Source: Strigamia acuminata
Taxonomy: Eukaryota
NCBI GenBank assembly: GCA_949358305.1
Contig: OX442314.1
Location: forward strand, 28,024,001-28,088,000
Length of the DNA: 64,000 nucleotides
Reading direction: 5' to 3'
Shown piece by piece: positions 48,728 through 60,500 of the stretch. Position 1 is the stretch's first letter. Each line of letters begins with the position of its first letter. The notes under the pieces were generated by a model that was given only the letters and a program-made list of their open reading frames with translations, was not told the DNA's origin and made no database searches. The translations under genes and the position numbers were made by a program.

Positions 48728-50973
48728 CGTCCCAAGCCGAGATGTGGCAGCTCCACCACCTGGGGATTTTGGGGCCCAAGAGCAGCTACCCGCGGAAGCG
48801 CAAGCGCTCCAAAGGCGCCGGGAACAGCCAGTCGCGTTCCCCGGTGACAACCAAGAGACAGCGTGTCACTCAAAACACGACTGAAGGCAACGAAGCTGGG
48901 CCATCCACCAGTACGGTGCGTGACCCTTCGCAGTATTCCCGACCGCGAATTTTCGTAAACCGTCAGATTAAAGACGGTAAGGAGTACAAGGAGGTTTGGA
49001 TGTCTGGTGACGAAGAGCGAGTCTCTCGTCCCAGCACTTCTAGACGTCCGCTGACTCATCGCGAGCAGCGGAAAAAAGATCGCAAAGAGCGATACTTCGC
49101 GAGGTGCGAAGCTCGGGGCCGTCCCATCCCCGAACCCGCCTACGTCTCCAAGAGAGCGGGTCGACGAAGTGGTAGCCAGTCAGGTGAGCGAAGCGTCCCA
49201 GCGGCAGATACGCGGGACCTTCGCGAGATTCTGACTCAGATGAAGCGGACGAAACTGACACGTTTCGATCCCGCGATGAAACACGCCAGGAAGATGGGTG
49301 TTGTCACCGACGGGAAGGTGACCCCACACGAGGTGGCAAGGTGGCTCGCAGACTACATAAATTCGCGACCACGACCCGATGGCACGCCAACCGCCATCGT
49401 GCAGCCTTCGGGCTCCGGACAACATCTCCCGGCGCCCCAAGTCGCAATGACTGGGGTGCAGACGACGGAGACGCCACCACCGCCGACGCAGCCAACACCA
49501 CCGCTGCCGACGCCAACGCTGCCGACCAAGACGCAGCCGCCTCCGAACCTGCCGCCGCCGTCGTTGTTGAATTCGAGCGATCCGCCGGATTTGCACACCG
49601 ACCGCTCAGTCCCTCTCCCCGTTGGACAGAGCATTGCGCAGGAATGTCGAGCCAATTTGACCGGCATTTACAGGCCGAGCCAACCCCGACCCGGTTCCTC
49701 GGCCCTGTTTTTCGAGAGGCGAGACGAAGAAGCGCGACTCGCGAGAGAAGCCGCCAACCCGACTATCTCCGAGCTCTCAGCGTTCCGCTTCGTGATGGAA
49801 GACCCAAGAGTCTCCGCACCCGCCTTGCGAGGTGTGGACCAGGCCCAGCGATATTTCATCGAATGGGCAACGGCGATGATGAGTAAGCTCTCGTGTGCCT
49901 TCACTGCGGATTCGGAGCGATCGAATCCAGTGAATCGTCGCAGCCTACAGCTATCATTGACCAAGGTCATGATGCAGCTGCTAACCCCAGCACTCTTCGG
50001 AGAAGGGCGTCAGGCGATGGCCGCATGGTCTGTCGTGGACAGAGAGGGTGTACAGGTTCCCCGTGCACTCCTCGCAGAGTGGAGTTCCATTCTGCCCGAC
50101 CCTGTGTTGACTCGGTACGAGCTAACCAGGGATGTGGTAAACCCCGAATTCGAGGGGTACAAGTTGCGAAGCACGGCGTTTCGTTACACCTCCGCCACCT
50201 GGACAGCGGCGCCTACCCAACAACTGCGCGCCTTGACCATCCAGACGGAAGAATCGGCAGAGGATGTAGACATGGTGATCTCGCCGACGAGCGGAGTTCC
50301 GATTCCGCCACCGATGCCTGCGGAGATATCCCCGCAAGGACCCGCCCTGTTCGAAGTGGCGGGTAAACCAAAGCGCTTGCTGTGCCGAACGCCACCCGTC
50401 AGGTCCGTCGAGCAAACGAAGCCGACACCGCCCGGGACCTCACCGGCCCGAGCGGCGACATCAACGCAAGCAGTGATTCCCGCGGCCACCCAGAAGCCGA
50501 AGCCGGCACCACCTCCACCAGACTATTATGGGCGAATCATCGACGAGTTTCCCCATCTTTCGATGACGACGGCGACCAGGAGGTTTATCCTCGCGCAGCG
50601 GGACAAAGGCAAATCAGTCTTCATCTGGCTTCACAACCAGATCCGGAAGACTAGAGACCTCATCTTCCACCAGAGGTTGCTGAGAGCCCACCGTGTGCCA
50701 GTGACGCCAGCGGAAGCCAATGCCATCCGGCATACGAACACCGGCTTCTCCGCCTACATCCCGAGCGTTTGGTTACACGAGAGGACGCGTGCCCCGCATG
50801 AGCCAGTTGACGGCCATGCATTATGCTTCATTACGGAGCATGAGGACCCCCGAGATCGGTCCTCGGCGTTAGTAGGCGATCTACCCGCGCCACCCGGCAC
50901 TCAACCGCCTGTCCCTGGAGTGAGTTACGCCCAGGTGACGGACTCAGTGTCGGGTCCCCCAGGAAAGAAGTGA
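48715..50973 (+). CDS. Gypsy B accessory ORF4, 752 aa, Pro/Arg-rich, non-env, unknown function
   Basis: Long uninterrupted ORF ending just before the PPT. NLS-like RKRKRSK. No signal peptide or TM segment visible. Confidence 0.75.
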   Translation: MGILTSQAEMWQLHHLGILGPKSSYPRKRKRSKGAGNSQSRSPVTTKRQRVTQNTTEGNEAGPSTSTVRDPSQYSRPRIFVNRQIKDGKEYKEVWMSGDEERVSRPSTSRRPLTHREQRKKDRKERYFARCEARGRPIPEPAYVSKRAGRRSGSQSGERSVPAADTRDLREILTQMKRTKLTRFDPAMKHARKMGVVTDGKVTPHEVARWLADYINSRPRPDGTPTAIVQPSGSGQHLPAPQVAMTGVQTTETPPPPTQPTPPLPTPTLPTKTQPPPNLPPPSLLNSSDPPDLHTDRSVPLPVGQSIAQECRANLTGIYRPSQPRPGSSALFFERRDEEARLAREAANPTISELSAFRFVMEDPRVSAPALRGVDQAQRYFIEWATAMMSKLSCAFTADSERSNPVNRRSLQLSLTKVMMQLLTPALFGEGRQAMAAWSVVDREGVQVPRALLAEWSSILPDPVLTRYELTRDVVNPEFEGYKLRSTAFRYTSATWTAAPTQQLRALTIQTEESAEDVDMVISPTSGVPIPPPMPAEISPQGPALFEVAGKPKRLLCRTPPVRSVEQTKPTPPGTSPARAATSTQAVIPAATQKPKPAPPPPDYYGRIIDEFPHLSMTTATRRFILAQRDKGKSVFIWLHNQIRKTRDLIFHQRLLRAHRVPVTPAEANAIRHTNTGFSAYIPSVWLHERTRAPHEPVDGHALCFITEHEDPRDRSSALVGDLPAPPGTQPPVPGVSYAQVTDSVSGPPGKK

Positions 50974-51009
50974 TCGCTCAGCCCCACGGTCTGAGCTCGG
51001 AGGGGGAAG

Positions 51010-52026
51010 TGTTGTGACCCGACTGGACCGGGGTCAACGAAGAGTTTCTCTCGTGACCTCGTTTCGGGTGTAAGGGGAGCCGCAAGCGCGTCTCCCTTCC
51101 CTCAGTGCATTGACATCTAGTCAATGGACAGGCGTCTGCCCTGAGGGAGTGGGGATGGCTCGTCCACCCCACCATTGGGTGATTCCGGTCACCTGTCAAC
51201 CTCGCTTTGTGCAAAGGAATGTGCCTTGCACTGAGCGGGCAGAACCAACACAACCATCAAACGAGAAACACACGTAAACCCGTCGTCCTACAAGATCAGG
51301 CCCAAGTAAAATATACTGGGATTGACCAAGGACAAAGGACAATTTACCGTGAGTACGTTTGGTCAGTGTCAAACTCCGCAGAGTAACCTGCGAGATAAGA
51401 TTACCACACTATTTTAGCACACCAGCTAGAAATAGTAAAAACCACTCCAGTTTAGCGAGTTGTGCAGACAAACGGTCGCACAAGCCTAAACTGCAGTTAA
51501 ACCACGACGAGCGTTCCCGCCGCTGTGTGATCGCCGGGAGCCAGAAGAGTCCGCCGCTGTGTGATCGCCGGACACCACACAAAAACCTAGACAACAGCCC
51601 GAAGTAAGCCTTTTAACTAAGCATTCACTCGCGCCCGACCAGCGTGAGCCCGAAGGACCAGCCAGAGACGAGCCGAGGACGCCATATTGCCACGCCGGCC
51701 CAAGACGACATCGCGTTGCCACAACGACGACGCCATCTTGGACGCGAACGAAACAACAGACGACCTCGCCGATTCCAGCCAGCTTTCATCATACCTTTAC
51801 ATTTCCATTTCCCTTCACCCATTCCGATTTACCTTTTACCTACCTTTCATATATATATATAAGATATATCTGTATATTGTCCCACAGAATAAATCTATAT
51901 TATATTTTACCTTTTATATCTGTGTAATCATTTCTTTGGGTAAACCGCTTGAGACAAAGCGGTAGTGAGTTAGTCGAATTAAGTAATCAACCCACGAGTT
52001 AGCGACGGTTAGAGTTGAGCGCGACA
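51010..52026 (+). repeat. 3' LTR of Gypsy B
   Basis: Follows the PPT and is followed by TSD ACCT. Confidence 0.95.
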
Positions 52027-52381
52027 ACCTGGCAGAACCCGTGTTCTTTAATGGATGCCAAAATGTTCGCCCGATACGGATTTTGATGTTTTCGATACCA
52101 AAAAACGTTATAAAAATTCTGAAACCAGGCTAAATCTGGTTAAAATAAAAATTCCTATCTGCCCATATATTTTGTTTTTTAATATTGTCTAGAAAAAGGA
52201 CTTTGTTGAAGGTTTTTTGCCACGATCACGGCAATCACGAAATAATCTGCGGTAGTAGCGCACTCTGGCGGCGATTTGAACACCAGTATGAAAGCCTTTT
52301 TCAAAAACTTGGTTTTTTATATTTACTTGTTTTCTTTCTCTGGATGTGGGGATTTGACTTGTTGTCACCCCAGCAGCAGCA

Positions 52382-53665
52382 GCTGATGTGTGGAACACGC
52401 AACCTTACATCGACGACTCAGCTGTCACCGGGCCAACCAACGACGTGCACCTTCGAAATCTCGACAGCCTCCTTGCTACTTTCGACGCAAACGGACTCAC
52501 GCTCAACGAATCCAAGTGCAAGTTTTTGCAACCATCGGTTGAATTTTTGAGTTTAAGAATTTCGAAGCAAGGAATTTCGCCAATTAATTCCAAATTGGCG
52601 CCCCTTCGTAACTGCTCGCGTCCGACGGACTTCACATCGTTAAAATCGTTCATAGGCCTTGTAAACTATTATGGTCGTTTCGTTGCTAATTTATCAACAA
52701 CTCTTGAACCTCTTTATAGTCTCACTCGTGACGGCGCCAAATGGACGTGGGACAAGCAACACAAAGCAGCATAGCTGTGCGTGCGAAATTCGGTTTCAAC
52801 AAAGTCAGCTCTCACACATTACGACCAGAAGAAGCCCGTGTACCTCACGGTCGACGCATCGCCCGTTGGAGTGGGCGCATTCCTCTCGCACGTCGACTCC
52901 GCCAACGTGCACCACCCAATCGCCTTCGCATCATCACTCTTGTCAGCTGCCCAGCGCAACTACGCGCAAATCGAGCGCGAAGGATACGCAATAGTGTATG
53001 GAATTCGAAAATTCCACCACTATTTGTTTGGACGACGATTTCTGCTTCGAACAGACCACAAGCCGTTGGTCTCCATTTTCGGCGACAAAAAGGGGTGCAA
53101 CCAAGTCGTGGCTGCACGCCTTCACCGCTGGGCCGTCTTCCTGTCAGCGTACGACTACGACATTTCGCATGTTTCCGCTTCGGACAACGCAATTGCTGAC
53201 AGACTATCGAGGAACCCGCAGCCACTCGTCGACGCGACAGAAGACCTCGAAATCGGCGCAATTGAGATTTTTTCGTCATCCCTACTGCAATTTCCAGTCT
53301 CCGCGGCTTCACTGCAAGCGGCATACGACAACGACGCAAATGCACACACACAGGATGGGAACAGCACACGCCTAAAATGGCTCCCTTTTACAAGCATCAT
53401 GATTCCTTTTCGGTTTTTAATAACTATTTGTTTTTATTCGACAGACTTGTGGTTCCAGTCGGCCTGCGCGCTGCAATTCTGGCGGAGTTGCATGCAGGTC
53501 ACTACGGCATTGTGCGCACAAAGTCTCTTGCGCGCGCCACGGTCTGGTGGCCGGGAATCGACGCCGACGTAAAGCGCACCGTGCGCCTATGTGATGCTTG
53601 CCAACGGGCACTCCCAGATCCTCCACGTACTTCAGACGTCCGCTGGTCAATACCGGACAAGGTGT
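52382..53665 (+). pseudogene. pol: Degenerate pol fragment (RT-RNaseH-IN start) of a second Mag-type element
   Basis: Closely matches ~33988-35290. Has a TAG stop at 52772 and a deletion/frameshift near 53340. Cut off by the outer Copia LTR. Confidence 0.9.
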
Positions 53666-54578
53666 TGTTGGTCAAAAGACCACTTATTTATCGATAACAA
53701 ATGTTATTTACATTATTTCTTTGTTTAGTTTGATGTATTAATTACATTTATCGCTCATGTGTTAAATACGACATTCATTTCGTATTCCATGCTGTCACAT
53801 ACGTAATTCCGTATGATTTGTATCTTTATATATGAGATTTATTCTTTTGTTAACTTTAATGTTAGTTTTTGGCACCAGAGTGCCATTCTGTACACTTTGC
53901 AATTTCCAAGATGGATGCCACCACAGGTTTTGTGCTGCTCCATCTCAATTCATTCTTTTTGGACACATTATGTGAGTTATTATTTTATTAAAAGATAGTA
54001 TTTTGTTTAACAAGTGTTGTTGTTTGTTCTGCACGGAATTATAAGTGCAGAACACGTCGTTTCGTGCAGAAACGACTCGTTACGTCGTCGATACGTTCGC
54101 GTGTGAAACGCGACGCCATTCCGGCAATTTGCCGCACGCTTCCTGGCGATATTTCGCCAATATCTGCGCCCCTCTGTCCTACATTTGGTAGCAGAGGATG
54201 GTTGCCAGATAAAGCAACCATTTCTCAATTAATTTTCGACACATTTATCGCGAAAGCGATTTGTGCGCCGAAAAATTGTTTATTTTCAGGCTTCACGAAT
54301 CCACACGGCGCCATTTTGTTTCCTGGACGTCGCCGACGTTTCCACGACGTTACCGATAGCCAGGGCTATCGTTTTCAACGATATTCGTTTAATTTTGTCC
54401 AATTTCTCGCGGGTTTCGCGGATTTTGAGGCAAATTTCTTTTGTTTTTGCAGATTTTTCGACGAAACTGGATTTTCGACACGAAGCGGCAGTTCCAACGA
54501 GAACCGAACACTAGATTGTTCGCCGCTTAGTTCCCCGGTGAACGGCGGTTATCACCGATCTGTGCAAGTGGACGAAGA

Positions 54579-57500
54579 TGTTGGTCTAAAGACCGTCTTA
54601 TTTCGATATCAAATGTTAATTCTTTCTCTATTTAACTTTCAAATGTATTATCTCGATATTTTCTTATATATCTCGCTTTTACACACATTGTGTGCTGTCC
54701 CGTATGTAATTCCATACAAGTGTTTTCTATTTTGATATGATTTGTTCTTTTGTTTTGACAAGTTATGTCAATTACTGTCACCAGAGTGCTGTGACACTCT
54801 TCTCTCAATCCAAGATGGCGCAACACACGGGCGTGTGTTGTTTGACTACATTTTCACCATTATATGTAAGATATATTGTTTTTATTAAAGTGTTTATTAT
54901 TTTTACATATAGTCTGTTGATTTAAAGCACTCCGTGTGCTCAGTTTGCGCATATAAGTGTCCTTAAGACACGCGCTTGTTTTCAAATCGATACACGTATC
55001 GATAGCGTCGTGCGGGTCGCACGACGCCATTTTCTGGGTTTAATTTACGCTTCTGGTCGGCATTTCGGTCACCACTGCGCGCTCCTCTGCTACCGGTTAC
55101 CTACAATTGGTAGCAGAGGATGGTTCCTTGCTAGTTGGTTAATTTTCGACGCAATATTCGCGAAATTCGCGATTTTTGCGCCGAAATCATTTATTTGCAG
55201 AAAACGACGATTTTCGAGCCGATTTTCGTACTGGAGACGTCAGATACGCATCGCCGACGTTCCACAAGAGTCTGCAACGTTTTCCTCACGATTCGCCGAC
55301 TAATTTTGCCAGAAATCACGCGGGATTCGCGAATTTCTAGGCAAATTCCTTTATTTTTGCAGGTATCATCGATTTTCGGCCCGATTTTCGTCCGCCGTAC
55401 GTCCACAACGTATCGCCGACGTTCAAGACAGCCAGGGCTGTCTATATTTCCACCGATTCGTCTAATTTTCGTCCGAAATTACGCGGGATTCGCGAATTTC
55501 GGCGAATTTAAATTTATTTTCAGGTTTTTCGTCATTTTGGATCCGCTTCTCCGCTTAGCACGTTGCGGCGGATACAACGAGAATCCAATACTAGATTATT
55601 GGCGGCTTAGTTCCCCGGTGAACGGTCGTAATCACCGATCTTTAGAACATTTTCACGAAGAGCCTCGAATTTTTTCGAGAAGAATTCGGGTTTTAAATCC
55701 GAATTTGCGTTTTCTCCAGCTTTTCGAGAAAGCTGCGCCGTGCCTTCATTTGCACGAGAGTTGCACCCGCGACCGATTCATCTATTTCTCCTTCTTGTCG
55801 ATTTACATTGTTAACTTTAAGGTAGAATTTAAGGCTTTTGGGGGACATTTAGCATCGTATTCGCCCTTCGATCGAATCCGATCAAGCGATTACGTATTCT
55901 CCGGTAGTGCTTGTCGTGGTACAAGTGAGGTTTCCCGCGGGCCCAGGTGCACCGATCGGACCCTCTCAGACTGGCTACCGGAGGTTTTTGAATTCCTTCA
56001 GAAGGAATTGCCCAATTTGACGGTTTCCGCCTCGAAAGTGCTTCGCATCGAGTGTTGTGCTTCGTTTTCGTGCAGTGCTACGGTGTCTCCTGTGTGCCAT
56101 TTCTCTGAGCCTGTGTTTTCGTCGCAAAGTGTCGAGTTTTTCACGCCACGATGCACAAATCTGGAGATTCATCGAGCAAAATTCCCGTACTCGGAGTTGG
56201 GAACTACGAGCAGTGGCAACGATCGATGCGGATGCTCTTAAAGTCCGAGGGCCTTTGGAGGCATGTTACCGAGGAGAAGGAAGTCGAACATTTAGCTACC
56301 TTGACGGAAAAAGAAAAGGACCGGTACATGACCAAGAAAGATAAAGCCCTCGGTCACATCTATATCCAAGTCAGCGAGCCCAAACGATCAGTGTTGGACA
56401 CGTGTAACACGCCGAAAGAAGCGTGGGACGCGCTGGCTAAGATTTATGCGCCAAGCTCACGGGCCAGAAGAGCAGCCATGCGTTGGGAGTTTTTAAATCT
56501 CCAGATTGGACCCAACGAGGATATGCCGGATTTTATTGCCAGAGTCGATCACTATGTTAGGCAATTAAAGGACGTTAAAGAGGAAACTTCGCCCGACCAC
56601 CACGCATATCAGTATCTTAAGGGATTGCCACCTGAGTATGCCCAGGCAACGTTCGCAATTTACCATTGGCCGGATGACAAATTTACACCGACTTTGGTTG
56701 CCGAACAGTTGATATCCGAACAATCTCGTTTAAGATCGGCGGGTCTGCTTCGAACAACTCCACCGACGGCTCATGCTTCTGCGAAAGGACAGTTTCGCCA
56801 ACGCAATAAATCCGGTGCTCGTGATTTGTCAACTATTCGGTGTTTCAATTGCGACCAGATGGGCCACTACGCGAATAAGTGCCCCCACCCTCGACGTGAG
56901 AATCCGAACCCGAATCAGTCGACGGCTTCCGTGCAACGCTCCTCGAGAAGTAAGAGTCGAAGACGGAATAAGACCGCCGTCGCCAAGGTCGAAGACACTC
57001 GTCCTCGAGGGAGCTCACGTCCAATTCGGAAAGGGACATTTTTCTGCAGTGCACCGCAAGTCGTTGAGCGCCCAGTTGCCCACTTTATCCAATCCAATGA
57101 GTGGATTGTTGACTGCGGCGCTACCGACCACGTGACCCATGTGCGAGCGTTATTCACCGATTTCACGAACATTCCGCCTTTCGATATCGAATTGGGCCAA
57201 GGCAAATCGCAAGTTACTGGACGAAGAACGGTTCAACTTCTCACGTCAGTTGATGATGCAGATTGCGTTTTGGATTTGACCAACGTTCTATATGCACCGA
57301 ATTTCGAAGCCAATTTGATTTCGGTGTCGAAAATCGATAAAACGCGACATCATATCCACATTTTCAACGGAGAAGTTAATGTTTATGAATCGGACTATCG
57401 TTTGCCAATCATTCGTGCAAAGGAACGTGGTGGCTTGTATTATTTGGACGGTTTGTGTTCGGCCCCTATCAGTTCGACAACGGTTTCGACGGCCACTCCA

Positions 57501-60500
57501 CCGACAATTCAACCTGTTAAAACAATGGTCACGACAGAAGTGGACTTCGACAATGTTCCGAAACCGGTTAACGGAAAACAAAAGCAACGGGAAATTACAG
57601 ACTATCGTTTTGATCTGCCAGCGGTTGAGAGTGTGAAGGCAATTCCCACCCAACCAATTCCAAACCTGACCGATCCTACACATTTTCCCGTCCTTACTCC
57701 TATTCCTCCACCAGTCATTGTCAATCCGACCACACAGTCCTATTCCGATGCTCTGCAATTCCTGCCAACTTCCCCTCCTCCCGGCAATTTACCTCCGTCA
57801 CAGAAAAAGGTAATTGCTAATCCTGCTTCGGTTAAAGATGCCACCGGTCTATGGCATAGTCGACTCGGTCATCTGCATACCAATGCAATGAAGCTTCTGG
57901 CAGCTAACGACCAGGTTTATGGTTTGCAACCAGCTGAAGTTCGACAGGAATTGTCGTGTAACGACTGCAGAATTGCTAAATCAACCAGAGCTTCGCATAA
58001 ACCGGACCCGAATCCCTGTACATCGAAACCATTGGATCTTCTACACATGGATTTGTGGGGACCAGCCCCGCTCACGTCACTGGGCGGTTCGGATTATGTT
58101 TTTACCATCATCGACGATGCCACGCGTTACACGTGGATTATCCCGTTGGCGCAGAAATCCCAGACCTTTGGGGCATTTAAGGACTTCGTCGCCCGAGTCG
58201 AACGAATTCAGAACACTCGCGTGAAAGCGATCAGATCCGACCGTGGCGGCGAATTCATGTCAAATGAATTCTTGAACTACCTCAAAGAAAAGGGCATCCA
58301 AGGGCAGAGGACCAATCCTGCATCACCTCAAATGAACGGCACTGCAGAACGCATAAATCGAACAATGGCCGACAGTGTCCGATCTCTTATCTCCGAAACT
58401 CAACTCCCGGATGACCTTTGGGCGGAACTAGCAGTTACTTTCGCGTATGTGAAGAACCGAAGTCCGCATTCGAGATTGAATAACCAAATTCCGTATATCC
58501 TATGGCGACAACGAGCATTGTCTTTACGACACCTACGCAAAATGGGGTCCAAATGCTGGGTGCATTACACCGCGCCAGGCCGCAAGAAACTAGATCCGCG
58601 TGCATGGGAGGGATATCTCGTTGGTTACGCGACTGGTACCCGCGGATATAGAGTTTGGAATCCGGTAGAAGATCGAGTTTACAAAACGGTTCACGTCAAG
58701 ATCGATGAACGCCAATCATATCGGAAATCTCTTCGTGGCGCATCTCAACGGCCCGAAGAAACTTTTTCTGATGTCGGACAGCAATCGGTTTCGTTTAACG
58801 ACAACGTCCAGTTCCATGACTGGCCAAGAGGATCCGATTCCGAACATTCTGATCATTCCGACGACGATTCCGATAATGGTGGAGCTAGCCATGCTAGCGG
58901 CGTATCGACATCTCACTCTGTTCATACACCGGTCATCCAATTGCCGCCCCCGACAACGCCAGAGCAGTTATTGTTGGATGCGTGTGCACTGCAATTACCG
59001 AGTTCGGCAAGTCTAGGACATTCACAATCGTATCCCATCCTCTATCAGGAAGGAGATACAGATGACGATATTGCTGACTTTGATGACCAAGCCATTCTTC
59101 CAAGAACATCTGATTTCACTGGGACATCTGCAGAGCAGTCTCCTCGCCAATCACCGCCTGGTTCTCCAGCTAGATACATCACATATCGCCGGAAAACCCG
59201 TGGAGCAGATCTTTCTCATACAGTGTCGGTATTTGACGATACTCCAATGTCTCCTGCTCCAATTCAACACATAGTCGGGACTGAAGTCTTGCCTGCTACG
59301 GATCGCCATACTGCATATATTTGGCGACCCATTGGGGGAGATTCCGAGTGCAGTGATTGGAGACGCGAGGAACACCTCCGGAAGGACCAAGTTCCGGGAT
59401 CGATTAAAACGGACGTTTACTACTTTCCGATGCCCGGTATTCGACTTAGATCTCAGAGAGATGTTGATGAATACTGTATGCTCAACAACATCGATTATGA
59501 CCCCAGTTTATTTATTTGGAGCAACATCGAGTACACATTGCCTACGATTCCGGGTGCTCGCCATGCGGCTCATCTTTGTAGAACGGAACCAGCTTCCTAT
59601 GCTGAAATCCCGAAATTTTCCGATGCTCCGAAGTGGCGGGAAGCCATTAAGGAAGAGCTCGACACATTTACCGAAAGAGAAGTTTATCTCGAAGTTCCAA
59701 GACCACCGGATACTACGATTCTTGGCTGCAAATGGCTTTTTAAGCTTAAGCCCGATGCAGCAGGGACGATCACCAGATATCGAGCTCGTTTAGTCGCCCA
59801 GGGTTTTCGTCAAACTCTCGGAGTCGACTACGATGAAGTTTTTAGTCCGGTGGTGAATTTCGTCTTAATCCGTTTATTCTTCTGTCTTCTCGTAGTGTTG
59901 CGTGGTTGGAAGGATGCACACTTGGATGTGAAATGTGCGTACCTGTATGGCGAACTTAAACATAAAGTCTACATGCGGATCCCTGCAGGTGCCACATGTT
60001 CCAACCCCAACAATGTGTGGCTCCTCATCAAGTCACTATACGGACTCCACCAGTCGGGAAGACAGTGGTTCGAAAAATTGGACGAAACGCTTCGAGACCT
60101 CGGATTCCGAAGAATGCCCGCGTGTAATTGTGTTTACGTCTTCGGAAATTCCGCTATCATGTTAGTCTACGTGGACGATATTATTTTATTCTACGCATCC
60201 GACAGTGTTTTCGACCAATTGATCCGACTCATCAGTTCGAAATTCCAAATCGTCAATCTCGGTCCGATTACGAAATTGTTAGGTGTCGAGTTTATCCGTG
60301 ATATGGGACGCACATTCATTTCCCAACGTGCTTATATTGCGAAGATTATCAAAAAGTTCGGTACCTCGACCAACAAGCTCGTGAAAGTTCCCGTGACACC
60401 CGGGACGACACTCGTCAGAGGATCGACCGAGAATTTGGAAGATTTCCCATACCGCTCGCTGATCGGATCACTGTTATTTTTGGCTTCAAGGACACGCCCC

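Larger units (their letters stand above)
38539..52026 (+). mobile_element. Full-length, apparently intact Ty3/Gypsy LTR retrotransposon B (13.5 kb) with a 3' accessory cassette
   Basis: 1017-bp LTRs at 38539-39555 and 51010-52026 (TG...CA). 4-bp TSD ACCT. PBS TGGGGGCCTGTCCGGGAT (tRNA-Pro-like, 2 mismatches) at 39558. PPT GGAGGGGGAAG. Confidence 0.96.

Noticed and set aside
48715..50973. ORF4 as an envelope gene
   Set aside because: No signal peptide or hydrophobic TM anchor is visible, and the composition is basic and Pro-rich.
55135..56241. 368-aa ORF in the Copia leader (and 54064-54735)
   Set aside because: Non-ATG starts, overlap with an internally duplicated UTR (~160-bp period) or crossing an insertion junction, and no matching ORF in the sister element.
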